Positions 40,200 through 53,366 of a DNA stretch of 64,000 nucleotides are shown here, one piece after another. Under the pieces are notes generated by a model, which saw only the letters and a program-made list of their open reading frames with translations, was not told where the DNA came from and ran no database searches. This stretch comes from Octopus sinensis (lineage: Eukaryota), in assembly GCF_006345805.1 (NCBI RefSeq), contig NW_021832231.1:682001-746000 (forward strand), given 5' to 3'. How positions within the stretch are numbered: the stretch's first letter is position 1; every line of letters starts with the position of its first letter. The position numbers and the translations under genes were made by a program.

Positions 40200-41703
40200 C
40201 TAAGAACAAAGAAATTTCCCCGTAAACTACGATATAAGTAAAGACCCACCTTTAAGTAATACTGGCAAATCTCCACTTCCTTCACAATCATAGAATATTC
40301 AGTCTGAGAACCCGTGTAGTCACAACTAGAATTACTAAAACGTGGCCACCCACAACATATCCACAGTAGTCGTTCGATTTTTTCCAGTTGACTCACAAAA
40401 GCTACCATTTGTGTAAATTTGTCGTCGAGGCCTGCCACTATTAAAACATGTGTAAATACTCTAAAAGATTATCACTTTGTTTATCGTTCAAATTTTCCAA
40501 CGGGTCGTACTGTCCCAGGGAATAAGTCTCTCGAGAACTCTCATTCTTAAAACAAGTGAACCACAATGTCCTACCAAACTAATTTGTTTGACATATTTCC
40601 CAAAGCAGAAAACAAAAGTCCACAACGAATTGTTCTAAAACATTAAAGTTTTCAATCACTCCGGACACACAGTTGTCTCCACTGTAGAACTCGTGAATGT
40701 CAGTCCCTTCGAAGCCTTTGTGGGTGTCCACCTTCCCTCCCTGAGGAATAACCCAAATAGACCCACAGTTAAATTGAGACTCGTTTCTATCAATTCCGTC
40801 AGTTCGGAGACCGTCATTTCATTTGGTGCGGGGATTTTTAAATTATCATTTTTGGGCAACTCATCTTGGTAACACGAAATTATATTCCGTTGCTGAGAAT
40901 TTCTGGAAAAATCGAGAAACACGGCAAAATACCGAACTTTCCTCTCATAAGAACAAAGTGTTTGTAATCCAATCGCAATTTGATAAACGCACGTACTGAC
41001 CTCAGATATAGAAATTATTGACGGTTCAAATTGATCAAAACAAACATAGTAGACCATAACGTGCCGAGGAACATTCGTGGACAAACAAATGTCCCCGTCA
41101 GTGTAATTGACTGCCACATAGGCATGGACTGAGTAATATCGGGTTGAAAGTGACTCGAGGAATTTGACGTCTTGGACAGTCACGTTCAAATCCTCGTCTT
41201 CTAAAATAGTGTCATTAACATATCCCATAAAGTTCATTTTCTCGTGTTTTTCTTTCTAAGGACATGGCGATAGGGGTACCTTGTCATTTCCGGAGTAGAA
41301 TTGATGGACGTACTTTCCGTGGCACACCTCATATGTCCAGTACCCCACGTTCTCAGTTTTTATTTGTGGATTACTATGGAATGGCAGTAGTGGGATCTGA
41401 GGATTGCCTCGATGGTAGATGGGCCGAGGTTAAGGAATTCGATGGAAGTGGGGACCTGAGGTGAGTAGAGTTGGGATTTACGATTTGATTAGGAGTTGAG
41501 TACCAGCGTTTATTTTCGAAAATAAGAAGTGAATTTTTTTCGTCGTTTTTTATCTAGAAATTTTATATTTTTATTGAAATTACAAAAAGATTAGTTTCGT
41601 TGAATTTAATGTCGGAAAATTGGAATTCGATCGAGTCGTCATAATTTGGATTATTGCTGCCCGTCAGGCAACAAAATAGTGATATAAACAAAATATCCAA
41701 CAT
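40200..41703 (-). CDS. ERLEC1: ER lectin with two MRH domains (erlectin/XTP3-B), spliced
   Basis: Signal-like N-terminus MLDILFISLFCCLTG. MRH1: GYWTYEVCHGKYVHQ...YTDGDIC...PRHVMVYYVC...EVSTCVY...LC. MRH2: WTFVFCFGKYVKQ...YTNGSFCESTGKNRTTTV...EVEICQY...FLC. Confidence 0.85.
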
Positions 41704-41849
41704 ATGAATATATTTAACGACCAACAATAACAAACTGACTTATACGTATATTAATTTATTTTTAAAAAATGTTAAAAATAATAAAGTTAAAATTGCTGAT
41801 ATTTTTGTTTTTCTAATCATCCGGGTTCCTTTAGGAAAAGAGTTCAAAA

Positions 41850-43120
41850 TTACTGATATGTGATATCTTCATGCAGCACGTCATAAAACCGGGACTAAAC
41901 AGACAAAGATGGCAAATACATCAACATCTACAACCAAATTGACATTGCAGACAACAAAAACATGACTGGTGGATCTCAGGACTTAGGGTAAGGCACTTAC
42001 ACTTAGGGATCACAAAGTCATTGTGACCCGATTAAAAGTGAAAAGACTTTTTGGACTCTCTGTTCTAGCAGAGAGTGAATCAAACCGGATGAAATATTCA
42101 GGCGAAAAACTGATTATATAAGATATTACGAGGGAAAAATACTCCTGAACAATTACCAAAAATTCACCAGCAACAAAGACGGGAAAGGCTTTAAATAAAA
42201 ATATATTAAAAGAACTTCTTCACAAGATTGTAGGGCCAATAAGTTGCGAGATCATTAGTTCATGTTGAAGACTTTTTGGACACGTCCTGAGGTTAGACCC
42301 GACATCTTTCGGAACATCGAAATGGAGGAATATTACCCGTCCTTTAATGTATTATACTTTCGTGGAAGACCGAGAACTACCCTCCCGATTGTTTTACAAA
42401 ACTATGAAGAAAACATTGGCATCTGGTGACAATATGGACTCTCTGGGGAACCTAGCTAAAAACAGAAGAGCTTGGAGCAATCTTTCTAATATCTTTTGCT
42501 GCACATTCGGAGTTATAAACTTGGTGAAAGTGCTAATAATAATACTGGGAAGGAATTTATTGGAACGATTGCATGAAAAAGCCACTAAAATATGCTGAAC
42601 CCAAATATTGCCGAAATGGCAAAAAAACAAAAGGCCATCCAATTGAAAATTGAAAACACCAATAACCAGGAAGGAAAAGAAAAACTAAACGTAGGAAAAT
42701 ACCGAAAACAATCAAGAAAGAAAATTTGAAATCCGTGGAAACTTTATTAAACCCTCGAATATCAGAAGTCGGAGATTTAAAGCAGATGTATGCAGCCATC
42801 AGCCTACTGCGTCGATAAAAAAACTAAGACAGTTAAGACTTTTTTTCGGCATCAACTGATTGAAACAAATCAAGAACTCCACTTTATATCGTACCTGCAA
42901 TAGTAGCCCCGTCAGGATGAACATTAACGAAGCTTGCAAGGGCCTATTTAAGCACATACTAAGGTTCTTATGCAAACTGGGCAATTTAATCATATTATAA
43001 AATAACAAATCGGCGTTCCGAAAACGTCCACGACTAACAATACCTACTGTTTTCTCAGCGCATTAAAAGACAGCTAAAAATGGAAACCACCTTGATAGTC
43101 TCAGGAATATACCACGCAAC
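41850..43120 (+). mobile_element. Scrambled RTE-like LINE remnants
   Basis: LRLFGHVLRLDP; LFFGIN*LKQIKNSTLY...LFKHILR; KQKAIQLKIEN. Same family as 2770-3830. Confidence 0.55.
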
Positions 43121-43411
43121 CTCGCATGTTGTAAAAATATGATCAAAAAAGTATTTGAGATATGTGGGAACTGAATTAGTTTTTCTTTACTTTATGTTCA
43201 TATAACAGTGCTAATAATTATCCAGGCTGACGTATTGGGGATAGAAAGGGGACAAACTGCAGAATGCACAATGACTAAACTCCCCTTTTATGACCAGAAA
43301 GTATCAGAATTAGCGTGTGTCTACAATTAGGTCTGAACATTAACAGTCAAGGAATCTTTTCCACAAAAATTATTTTTTATATTATATGATTTTTAATATA
43401 AATTTAAAACC

Positions 43412-43867
43412 ATGCTGTTACGTCCTAATGGTGCATTTCTACAACTGAGAAAGTTATTAAGAAATTATGTTTAATCATTAATAATATTCCAGTCATGTAT
43501 TGACAACTGTCGACCACTAGTCGGTCAGGAGAGAACAGAAATGTTAACCAAACTGGAGATTACAGGTTGGAAGGTCATCCAGTCAAAAACGTATCTGGCA
43601 ATTGAAAAAGGACTAAAATTCAAAACATTTCAAGAGGTACATAAATTTGACTAAAAATGAAGACATGGAATTTTTTGAACGACATTGCCCGGGAATCTGA
43701 CAGGAGGAATCACCACCCTCGACTCACCACGACATTCAACAGAGTCCTAAACCTCATTTTTATCGTAGGTCAAAATAACTTTGTACACTCACACCGCAAA
43801 GGACATTACATTTGCAGACATAACCTTAGCTCACTTTATCGACAGTCTATTTGATGAATATAAATAA
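43412..43867 (+). CDS. PCBD: Pterin-4-alpha-carbinolamine dehydratase with an N-terminal extension resembling a mitochondrial presequence
   Basis: GWKVI...IEKGLKFKTFQE/TWNFLNDIARESDRRNHHPRL...N/VKITLYTH...DITLAHFID; introns of 24, 26 and 25 nt. Confidence 0.88.
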
Positions 43868-43958
43868 AATCAAATTCTAATAAAAAACTTTTTGGATAAA
43901 AAATAATAATTTTTTAAAAACATTTATTATTAAAAACAAAATAAACTAAATTCACTAC

Positions 43959-44743
43959 CTACGTTCGTGGACTCTTCGTTTGTGTGTATGCGTTTGTTTG
44001 CCATTCCTGTAATCCCTTCCTAAAAATAATTAAATATAACAAAAACAGACTTTTATCGACCAATTCCAAACTAGTCATTGATGTCTTGAAATAACTACAA
44101 ATAATCACCTCATTTTCCTGTGTTGCTCTCAACTGCCTGTCCATTTCCGCGTTCTGTCGTTTCACTGAAGGGTTAAATATCACAGAATACAAATTTGGTC
44201 GTAGTAACACTCAGGAGGGTAGGCTGAGGGGTCGTACACGTCCTGGGGATATCAACAGCCAGCATACTTTGGGGAAATTAGAGCCATATTCGTCAATCTT
44301 GAGAAATTGAATCATTTTTTCATAAATACTAAACTGAAACAGTTTTGGCAGCACCATGGGTTCTTAAAGTCCTTCCTCGACATAATAATCTTGTTCAGGT
44401 CGTACCCATCAGCAGCATAGCAGTCAAATTTGTACTATTATTAGCTGGGGAGGTCCCTGACTTGTAATTCGGAAGGGAAAGGAGAGGAATGTTCTCTTTC
44501 TGGCAAATGGGCATTTTCTCGTCCAATTCCGAAGTATTTTAATAATTTATTTTCGTCTTTGAGTGGACATGATGAGTCAATAAGGACTATTTGTGGATCA
44601 TGGGGATTTGTAGGGGTGGGGATTGTTTCTTGGTGGTCTACTGATTTGTCCATTATTTGTATTGGGGGTCCTTCATTGGATGACTCATCGTCGCTTTTAT
44701 AGACCACTAGTGATGCATGGTTCATTATTTGTTTATTCTGCAT
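43959..44743 (-). CDS. SAP30BP: SAP30-binding protein (HCNGP family), spliced
   Basis: SLVVYKSDDES N-terminus; DLNKIIMSRKDFKNP/CIYEKMIQFLKIDEYGSNFPK...DP matches the HCNGP core. The 3' end is approximate. Confidence 0.82.
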
Positions 44744-44899
44744 ATCTATGGAAAGTCAATGTTTGGTGACTAGTCCACAACGTACGTTTTATTAGCAATT
44801 TATTACTTTTTGTAATAAAAAAATATTTGATAATAAATAGAGACATTGACAGGAATTTAGGATATAAATGCAATATAGACTATCAAAGCTTTCTTAATT

Positions 44900-45420
44900 C
44901 GTTCTGGATGTGTTCAACAAGAAGAGACTGCCAAAACGAACAGTCATAGCTGACATTGTTCCTCTATGTGGTCTCACCAACAAAATTTTACGACCGGCTT
45001 AAATTCAAACTACAAATCCTGGCTTACAAGCTTCTTAACGGGCTGCATAGGTTACGTCTCCATCATGGACATAGTTCCAAACAACGTAATCTTTCAAACG
45101 GGGAACCGGAGGGGTCTGTGCTGACTTTAACTCTGTTCAACCTTTATTTGTACGACCCAAATAACTTGTCACTATCTTACAGAGACGACATTATTATTGC
45201 CTCAAAGCAAAAAGATACCGCCTCTTTCAACATTCAGCAATAACTATACTCTGTTGAGAATTGGCGCATCATCGGACAAGGCAAACAGGCGTATAAACAT
45301 TCTAAAAGCAATAAATGGTTGCATCACTGATTCCCAGTTCAAACAAATCTACAAAAAATCATCCTCAAGTCCGAGTTGGCTCCCATGTCTATCTGCAAGC
45401 TCCATCGGGCGACTCCAATC
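44900..45420 (+). mobile_element. Degenerate LINE RT remnant
   Basis: NGEPEGSVLTLTLFNLY...YRDDI (degenerate PQG and YADD motifs); KANRRINILKAI. Confidence 0.5.
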
Positions 45421-45699
45421 AGGATAATTATAATTAAATCGGAAGAATTAAAATATAAAAATCAAATAAAAATTCTTTAATGAGAGAAAAAACCCGCTAA
45501 AAATCAAAGAAATTGGAGATCAAAACCAAAACATTAAAATTTAATAGCGTATGTTATATCACCATTATTAGATAATTCATAAGACCTATTCGGCGTTCTT
45601 TCAATTCATTTTTGAATATCTCTAATCTATAAGTGATTCTAAATTTTATTATTTCTACAAAATTTTGTTTATTTTTAAGAGGATCCAATTCCAATTTTT

Positions 45700-46765
45700 G
45701 TTTGATTGTCCTTCACACATTTTTCATAGTGTTCATTCGATAAGTTAAATATTATTTTTTTAATTGAAAGAAAAGAACCATTGAAATAAAGGAAAATAAA
45801 CTTGCTGGAATGGCTAAAAAAGTAGAAAGGCTCAAAAATGAAGCGCAGATGTTCAAGGTTGTTCACTTACATAGGAGCATGCAGTCATCAAAAATCACAG
45901 TACATAACCACCTTGGTAAGATTATGCTAAACAAAAACGAAATCGTATTAGCCTTGTTCCGCCACTATCAGTTGGCCTTCAATCAAAACCACCGGAAAAA
46001 CATCTAACAATTCAATGATGAAGCCTGAGAACTAAATATTCCGGTAACGATTCTGGAAACAGGACAAATTAAACAGAACTTTTCAAATATGGACCGACTG
46101 AGATCTCCGAGGTATTAACCAAGATATACAACAAAACATTCAAGTACATCTCACCACTAGACGTGGATAATGGCACATTAATTGCACTACAAAAACCGGG
46201 AAAAACTAAAGGCCTGTTAACAAATTTAAGACCCACCGTAGTGTTGACGACTCTCCGTAAGACACTATCACTTATAGTGTTGAATAGGATTGGACCTGAC
46301 ATTAAAAACTTCCTTACTCACGGTCAAAACGATCCAGGCCAGTCACATCCTTCGGATGAACGAAATGACACCCACCAACATAGCAATGAAGAACTAGTTC
46401 TGCCGAAAACTGAACAACTCGTTCCGTGAGACAAAAGCTGAAAACGGGTGATAATTTGGATATGTTCGGAGAAATTGCAAAAAACCGTGGATCTTGGAGA
46501 ATGTTGGTTAAAAGATTTGGGGAAGAAAAAATAGCCTGAAGTAAAGTACAACACAAACGGGACCTCAATTAAATAAATCACTTTTTGGTTCTTTCAAAAT
46601 GCAAATAATAAACTCAATTTTAAACTAAAAAGAAGAAACATACTTACCCAACTTGAAACCTTGAAACGAATGTGTAACTTTTATATGATTTTTCAAAAGA
46701 TCAATGAAAAATAGAAAAAATACCACTTTAATGACCCATATTAAATTCGCTTTTTTGACGTCAAT
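45700..46765 (+). mobile_element. RTE-like LINE remnant with internal deletion
   Basis: LIALQKPGKTKG...NLRPTVVLTTLRKTLSLIVLNRI (RT domain 0/1); the 3' end is near-identical to 3427-3830. Confidence 0.7.
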
Positions 46766-46959
46766 TAAACATAATATGGATATCCATAGAGAAACTGAAA
46801 AGAACTGTGGTTCTTGGAGGCAGTTAGTTAAGCGAATAGTTGAAAGAATAACATGAAGTTAGATAAATTACTTTTTGGTTCTTTGAAAGTGATAATAGTT
46901 CAAAAAATAATGTATTTTAACGAAAAATATTGAAATTAATTATTTTTAGTTTTGCAATT

Positions 46960-47725
46960 GGGACCGTCTATACCTTCCTTTAGCATATTTTATCTACTCA
47001 AAATGATTGATTTATCTCAACTCGATTATTTGATAAAATGTTGATTATTTCAGCAGCGGGATAGAATTGAGACTCAAATTTATCCAGCCGCATAATCTTT
47101 TGTAACTCGAACCTATCTATAATTTTTTTTATCTAAACTTTATCTCTGACACTAAATTTGTATTTACTATAGTGGAAATTCATTTTTATATTTACTACCT
47201 TAGTGTAGGCTGAGTTTCCATCAATGGGATATAAATTAAATTTGAATTTTTCGGACTCGGACAATTAAAATCGCATAAATATAAATTCAAGTTAAAATAA
47301 TTGAATTTTCAATTGAGTCTAAATTTGAACAAATCCCTGAATTTTCAATTTTTTTCAAAAAACATAATTTAATAATTATAACAAACGTGTTTATTATGGT
47401 TATCCCTCGGTATCTTTCGAAAAGACTGATTTGAAAATTAGCCAAAATCTTTAGGCACTATTTTTCATCTGTGTCTATTATTTTGGACATTTTTTGGGTG
47501 ATCATTTGATTAAAAAGTTCCACAATCCCTTGTGTACGGGAACTGTTTGGTCTACTATCTGAACTACGTTGAATTCTTCGCATAGATTTCTCAGAAACAC
47601 ATTCTTGAATTCTGAACCATTATCTGCCAGGTCCATATAGGTAGAAAAGCAATGTTAAGATGGCGCATACTTCTTTTGAAAATTTATGATAAAGATGTCT
47701 GACAAATGCATATGTGAATAAATTG
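46960..47725 (-). mobile_element. Ginger/KRBA2-like rve integrase remnant
   Basis: FTYAFVRHL...EVCAIL...YGP, ADNGSEFKN, RPNSSRTQGIVELFNQ (catalytic D and E); C-terminal SKYKFSVRDKV...EIINILSNNRVEI. Confidence 0.7.
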
Positions 47726-47726
47726 T

Positions 47727-47960
47727 TTAAGGATAAATTGTTCGAAAAAGCTTACAAAAAATCAACTGACAAATCGAAGTTATATCGGTCGATTCGTCGA
47801 ACTGGATGTTTATCGGAAAAGAACTGTTGTTAATACGATGAAAAATCTGAGACAAAATATCACCAGACATATCTTGAATTCTTTGAGAAATTGTATCATT
47901 TGACAAAAAGACCTCTTTGAATACAGAATCAGAGCCAAGCAAATTTCGGCAATTGAAATA
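47727..47960 (-). mobile_element. hAT Buster/Charlie transposase fragment
   Basis: LSNDTISQRIQDMS...IQFDESTDI (first catalytic D); no TIR found. Confidence 0.75.
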
Positions 47961-48837
47961 TTAGAAGGTTTTATTAAAATTTCGCCAGAATAATGAGGTA
48001 CCTTACCTTTAATTTAAAGAAAGAAAAAACCTCGTATGATCCGCGAACAGTAGGTTTGGTTTGAAAAAAAGAGGAAAAGAGGTTATTTTTGGCGTGGAAT
48101 GATAACTTTTTCGCTTAGCGTGCGGAACGGACGGGGAACAGTTTTCGTAAGGAATTGAAATAGGTTTATTATTATTAACCTTCAAGCTTGCTTAGCATAG
48201 CAAACCCGGCACAAACAGTCATAGCTAGCTAATCGAATGAAGAAGCCAAGGAAGAAGGTACTGTCCGTGCTGATCAACATTAGCCTCCAAATCTTCAATA
48301 CAGCTTAAATACATAAACAAAAACTAATTTGAATCTATACAAGGAATAATTGAAGTTTATTAGTTCATAGAAATAATATTTATGAGAAACTAGCTCGGCA
48401 GCTCGCTTCGCTCACCGCGACCTAGCTCCTGCGGAGGGCCTGTTTCATCAAACAACTATAAGTTTATGTAGATGTATAAAACTACCTGGTTTAATGTAAC
48501 CCTATTCTATCGCCTGTTGATAAACGATGTTTGTCGTCCGTCCTTCCTTGGCATATATGAATAAATTTTCTCTTCTGCCTACCCTCGAGCATCCCACATA
48601 CAGCTGTCCATGTGAAAAGCACTCACTCTCTAAAAATAACCCAACTACCTTTAAGACTGTCCCTGGGCCTTGTTTTATTGTCATTGCAAAACTCATTCCT
48701 CAAAGGAAATTGCAGCCTTTTAAATCTAAATGGTAATTCATCAGAATTATCGGAATTCGTGAATATAACATCCTCACCTCAATACTTACCTGTTAATATC
48801 GTCGCCTCTATTACGTTAGCCATCTTTCTTCAGCTTC

Positions 48838-49315
48838 ATTTTTCCTCATTCGTTCGTTATCTATTTAAAAAATTATTTTTGAATAATAAAAAATATTAGG
48901 AAAAAAGAGGCATACAGAAAATAAATTCTATCTTTACGAAAAACTCTTTTCTTAGGGTCTCGTCTTCCTCTTTCGGTTATCTATTGAAAAATTATTTTTG
49001 AATAATAAAAAAATTTAGGAAAAGAGGCATACCGAAAATAAATTCTATCTCACACGAAAACTTAACTAAATAGCTATATATTTTTACGCAAATTCTTCTG
49101 ATTGCGCTGTCAATTGGTGGTAAATTGTGTTAATGATTGTGCTAATGTGGTTTCAACTATCAAAGTGTTTTTCAAAATCAGTTAATTGCACACTCTATTC
49201 AAGGTCGTGCGTCAATTGGTGGTAAATTGTGTTAATGATTGTGCTAATCTGGTTTCAACTATCAAAGTGGTTTTTCAAAATCTGTTAATTGCACACTCTA
49301 TTCAAAGTCGTGCAA
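48838..49315. repeat. Two internal tandem duplications in the Helitron (~125 bp x2 and ~102 bp x2)
   Basis: 48838-48960 resembles 48965-49065; 49110-49212 resembles 49213-49315. Confidence 0.8.
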
Positions 49316-49519
49316 TCTGTGATTGCACATTCTGTCAAAGTCAAATATGATAATAGCTTTAATTTTGATTCATGGTCGATAATGATATATGCATTTAATT
49401 TAAAGAGAAAAACATAGGATGAATTGAATTTCTTTATCGCGAATAATTGGGAGTTCATCATTGTTAATATTCTCGCTGTCGTTTTCATCAGGATATTCTT
49501 AATACGTGAGATTTTTGCC

Positions 49520-50598
49520 TTGAAGGTTTTAATGGACCTCATCATGAATGTCGAGGACATTCGCGTTGTTCATTTTAATCAAAATGCAGAAAATATTTTT
49601 TTGATTTTTTGGGGGGGAGGTTTTAAGGACTTCATCATGTAAGTCGAGGACATTGTAGTTGTTCATTTTAACCAAAATGCAGAAAATTTTTTTTAATTTT
49701 TTTGGGGGGGAAGGTTTTAAGGACTTCATCATGTAAGTTGAGGACATTGTAGTTGTTCATTTTAACCAAAATGCAGAAATTTTTTTTTAATTTTTTTGGG
49801 GGGGAAGGTTTTAAGGACTTCATCATGTAAGTCGAGGACATTGTAGTTGTTCATTTTACCAAAATGCAGAAATTTTTTTTTAATTTTTTTGGGGGGGAAG
49901 GTTTTAAGGACTTCATCAGTAAGTCGAGGACATTGTAGTTGTTCATTTTAACCAAAATGCAGAAATTTTTTTTTAATTTTTTTTTTGGGGGGGAGGTTTT
50001 AAGGACTTCATCATGTAAGTCGAGGACATTGTATTGTTCATTTTAACCAAAATGCAAAAAAATTTTTTTTTAATTTTTTTTGGGGGGAAGGTTTTAAGGA
50101 CTTCATCATGTAAGTCGAGGACATTGTAGTTGTTCATTTTAACCAAAATGCAGAAAATTTTTTTTTAATTTTTTTGGGGGGAAGGTTTTAAGGACCTCAT
50201 CATGTAAGTCGAGGACATTGTATTGTTCATTTTAACCAAAATGCAGAAAATTTTTTTTTAATTTTTTTTGGGGGGGAAGGTTTTAAGGACTTCATCATGT
50301 AAGTCGAGACATTGTAGTTGTTCATTTTAACCAAAATGCAGAAAATTTTTTTTTAATTTTTTTTTTGGGGGGAAGGTTTTAAGGACCTCATCATGTAAGT
50401 CGAGGACATTGTAGTTGTTCATTTTAACCAAAATGCAGAAAATTTTTTTTTAATTTTTTTGGGGGGAAGGTTTTAAGGACTTCATCATGTAAGTCGAGGA
50501 CATGTAGTTGTTCATTTTAACCAAAATGCAGAAAATTTTTTTTTAATTTTTTTGGGGGGAAGGTTTTAAGGACCTCATCATGTAAGTCGAGGACATCG
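49520..50598. repeat. Tandem satellite, ~93-bp unit, about 11-12 copies, inside the Helitron
   Basis: Unit AAGTCGAGGACATTGTAGTTGTTCATTTTAACCAAAATGCAGAAAAT(n)AAT(n)G(n)AAGGTTTTAAGGACTTCATCATGT, varying mainly in homopolymer length. Confidence 0.95.
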
Positions 50599-50622
50599 TA
50601 TTGCCAATTTGAAGTTGGTGTG

Positions 50623-50687
50623 CACACACAGACAAGACAGACAGACAACCAGACACACAGACAGACAGACACACAGACAGACAGACA
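50623..50687. repeat. Imperfect (GACA)n microsatellite near the Helitron 5' end
   Basis: CACACACAGACAAGACAGACAGACAACCAGACACACAGACAGACAGAC... Confidence 0.9.
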
Positions 50688-50936
50688 ACCATACCATTTT
50701 ATATTAATAACACAAGGATTCAATTTTGACATTGAGAAGGTCAAAAAATGGAACCGGTTGCCCATGCGTAGCGCGTTGCCAATGTCACATATTACTTGCA
50801 AAGCAAAAAAGCATCTTCCACTGCTTGTCATGAAGCAAAAATGGTTCTTACGGTCCTGTCTTCTCACTATATTACAAACTCGAGATGTCGTTTCAAAAAA
50901 GTGCAAAAAGTTTCAATTAAAAATCAAGTAAAAATA

Positions 50937-53175
50937 TTAAGTCGATATCTGAGTCGTTTTAATCTCTCCGAGTACACGACTTGCCTTCCCAAGAGCCTAA
51001 GATGACACAAAACAATAAACCTCGATCATTCTCACTGCTTCGTGTCGCTTATCTTTGATAGCATCACTCTCTGAGAGCAGTTCGTCAATCTCGGCAGTGA
51101 CGTAGAGCTTATTAATCAGTTCGCTGTGGAGGTTCTCCACTGTGTGGTTCACAAGGAAGTTCATTATTGCCTTGGGGACACTATCCTGGATGTTATTCCG
51201 CACAATCTTGTAGTATGAAGTAATCAGTCTTTCTACAAATCACCAAAGAATAACAACCGATTAATATACAGTCACTTTTCTCCCGAGGGGATAGCTTGAG
51301 GGAATCAAACCGTTTCTACCAATGGAAAAACCAGCTTACATTCTCACTCTCCTCACTCTCCCGATTCAATTCTGTATTACTCAACATTTCCTGAGTATAT
51401 CCAAATACAACAAACCCGACGTGAGATCAAAGACTCCTGTGACCTCATCATACTGTGGACTTCTCGGAAGTAGGGATGTCGGGTGTTGATGTACGCAAGT
51501 TCAATCTGCACCAAATTTTTAACCATCGAAATGGTGGGACCCAAACAGTCTTCGAGCAAATCATGGACGACTGAGATTATGCACTTGGCAAGGACGGGAA
51601 ACCGAAGTGAGTCGAGCTAAGGCAATAATCCCCCAAGACTACCTCATTTACACACTGAAAGGCAATCCGCTTCATCTCCTCGTGCACTAAATCCACACAC
51701 TGCAAACACGGCTCTTCGAATTTACGAATTTGTCTTTTCACGAGCAATTCGAACGAAAAGTCTGGGACGAAGAGAGCATTCCGAGTGCCCTTCAATACAA
51801 CCAACACTCAAAACCGTCGCATTTCGAATGGAAGTGAGGATCTGTACAGCAGGGAGACCATCGAGGGAGTCAATCGCCTCGAGACAGCGAGCAAATGCAT
51901 CATTGAATATAAAATTTATCCGAGCCCCCCCACACCTACATAAAATAAAAAACCACATACAATTCGTTAATTGTGATGTTCGATGTGTTTCCGTTGATCA
52001 ACGAGCAATAGTCAGTCACAAAACGATTCAAAAACTGCAACAACAATTTCGCCTGAGAAATCAGACTATCACCTCACCTTGTCGTCTATGGCCTGTCCAA
52101 ATGACTTTTGGAGTGCTGTATATTTGGTGATTAAAAAACTTATTTTGTTCCGCAGTTCCGGCAGAGAGTCGTGAATATGCCCTATCAACAACTTTGCCTA
52201 AAATAAACAAATTCCAACTGATTGTAGACGCTTGGAAAGAAACAGCGTGCCATTTCTGGAGGCAATGGACGGGTAGTTCAAATCGAGGAATTCAGTCTCG
52301 TCCGAAAGTGCTTCCTTCATTCCCTAAGTAAATGAGAAGGTTGGACGACCTTGTTGTTGTTCAGATCGGTCTGACTCCGATTTACGACTCCCACAATTCC
52401 CAGTTTGACAGGAATCAACTTCCCGCGCAAAACATCTAAGAGATCGGTCCCTGGGTCGACCAGATCAAGCTTAGTGATGACAGCCAAAGTCCGCAGTCCA
52501 TCGGGATCGACTTCTCGGGCAATCTTCAAAGCGTCCGACGTGGCAAAATCCGCAGTGGCGGCTGAGACAGCGAGAATGATCGACTTTGGGTTTTTTATAT
52601 GTTTTAAATAAAGGTCTCGGACGAGTTCTTCCACGTCGGATGGCTGGTCTCCCACAGGAACCTTAGTCATCCCAGGAAGGTCCACAAGAGTCAGGTCCAC
52701 CACATTGGGGGAATATATTTTTAAATTTATTGGAATATCGCTAATTCCCTAAAAATAAATAATTAAATAACTTTATTTATTCCAGTGACCCGTTCTGTTT
52801 CGGAAACAATTTCTGCCTCAACTTCTTTGAAATTGTAAAACACACGTCGAGGCAAATGCAAAAAAACAGCCCACTCGTCACACAATTCGTCCACTTCATC
52901 AGTGGAAGGGGCAAGTCGCCTTTTACTGTCAGGAGAAATGTGGATAAGCTGAAGAATTAGCGGTCTCCGAGTGACAATTCCGTGACCACGGGGGAGAAAT
53001 CCTCGACCAACTAGACTTTCTAAGACAGAGCTTTTTCCACTGCTCTGAGATAATAAATTTGGATTTAATCAACTTGGGCTCCAATAACCACGATTTGTGG
53101 GAGATTTATGGAATCAGAGCCTGTTAGGGTAAATATGTCGTGTAGTTTATTGATTACTGGTATTAAACCGTCCAT
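50937..53175 (-). CDS. DNM1L: Dynamin-related protein Drp1, multi-exon
   Basis: [118 protein letters not shown] and [12 protein letters not shown]. Confidence 0.93.
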
Positions 53176-53366
53176 ACCACATCAACTATCACGAAGAATT
53201 TATTAAAATATTTTTTAAATTAAATATTATTAAAAATTGTTATAATAAATTTATTTATTTACAGTTGATAATAATTTATCAAAAATATCAGATTGAAAAA
53301 CTTATCATAAAAAAATAGAAAACAATTTCTTTTAATAAAATTTTTTTTTAAACAAGAAAATAAATT

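Larger units (their letters stand above)
48390..50718 (-). mobile_element. Complete non-autonomous Helitron
   Basis: On the minus strand, 5' A|TC at 50718 and 3' CTAG|T at 48390, preceded by a GCGAAGC-cored hairpin. Contains the RepHel helicase C-terminus (RLQFP...SFAMTI...FSHGQLYVGCSRVG, 48502-48800) and a (GTCT)n tract near the 5' end. Confidence 0.88.

Noticed and set aside
40193-40438. ORF resembling a DNAJC13/RME-8 fragment
   Set aside because: It is better explained as exons of the second MRH domain of ERLEC1 once short introns are removed.
49520-50598. Regularly spaced repeats suggesting a CRISPR array
   Set aside because: The units are contiguous near-identical copies with no unique spacers, there are no cas genes, and the context is a eukaryotic Helitron.
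50517-51005. ORFs 50517..50906, 50620..50931 and 50796..51005
   Set aside because: They arise from the microsatellite, the satellite and the Drp1 3' flank, are low complexity and show no homology cues.
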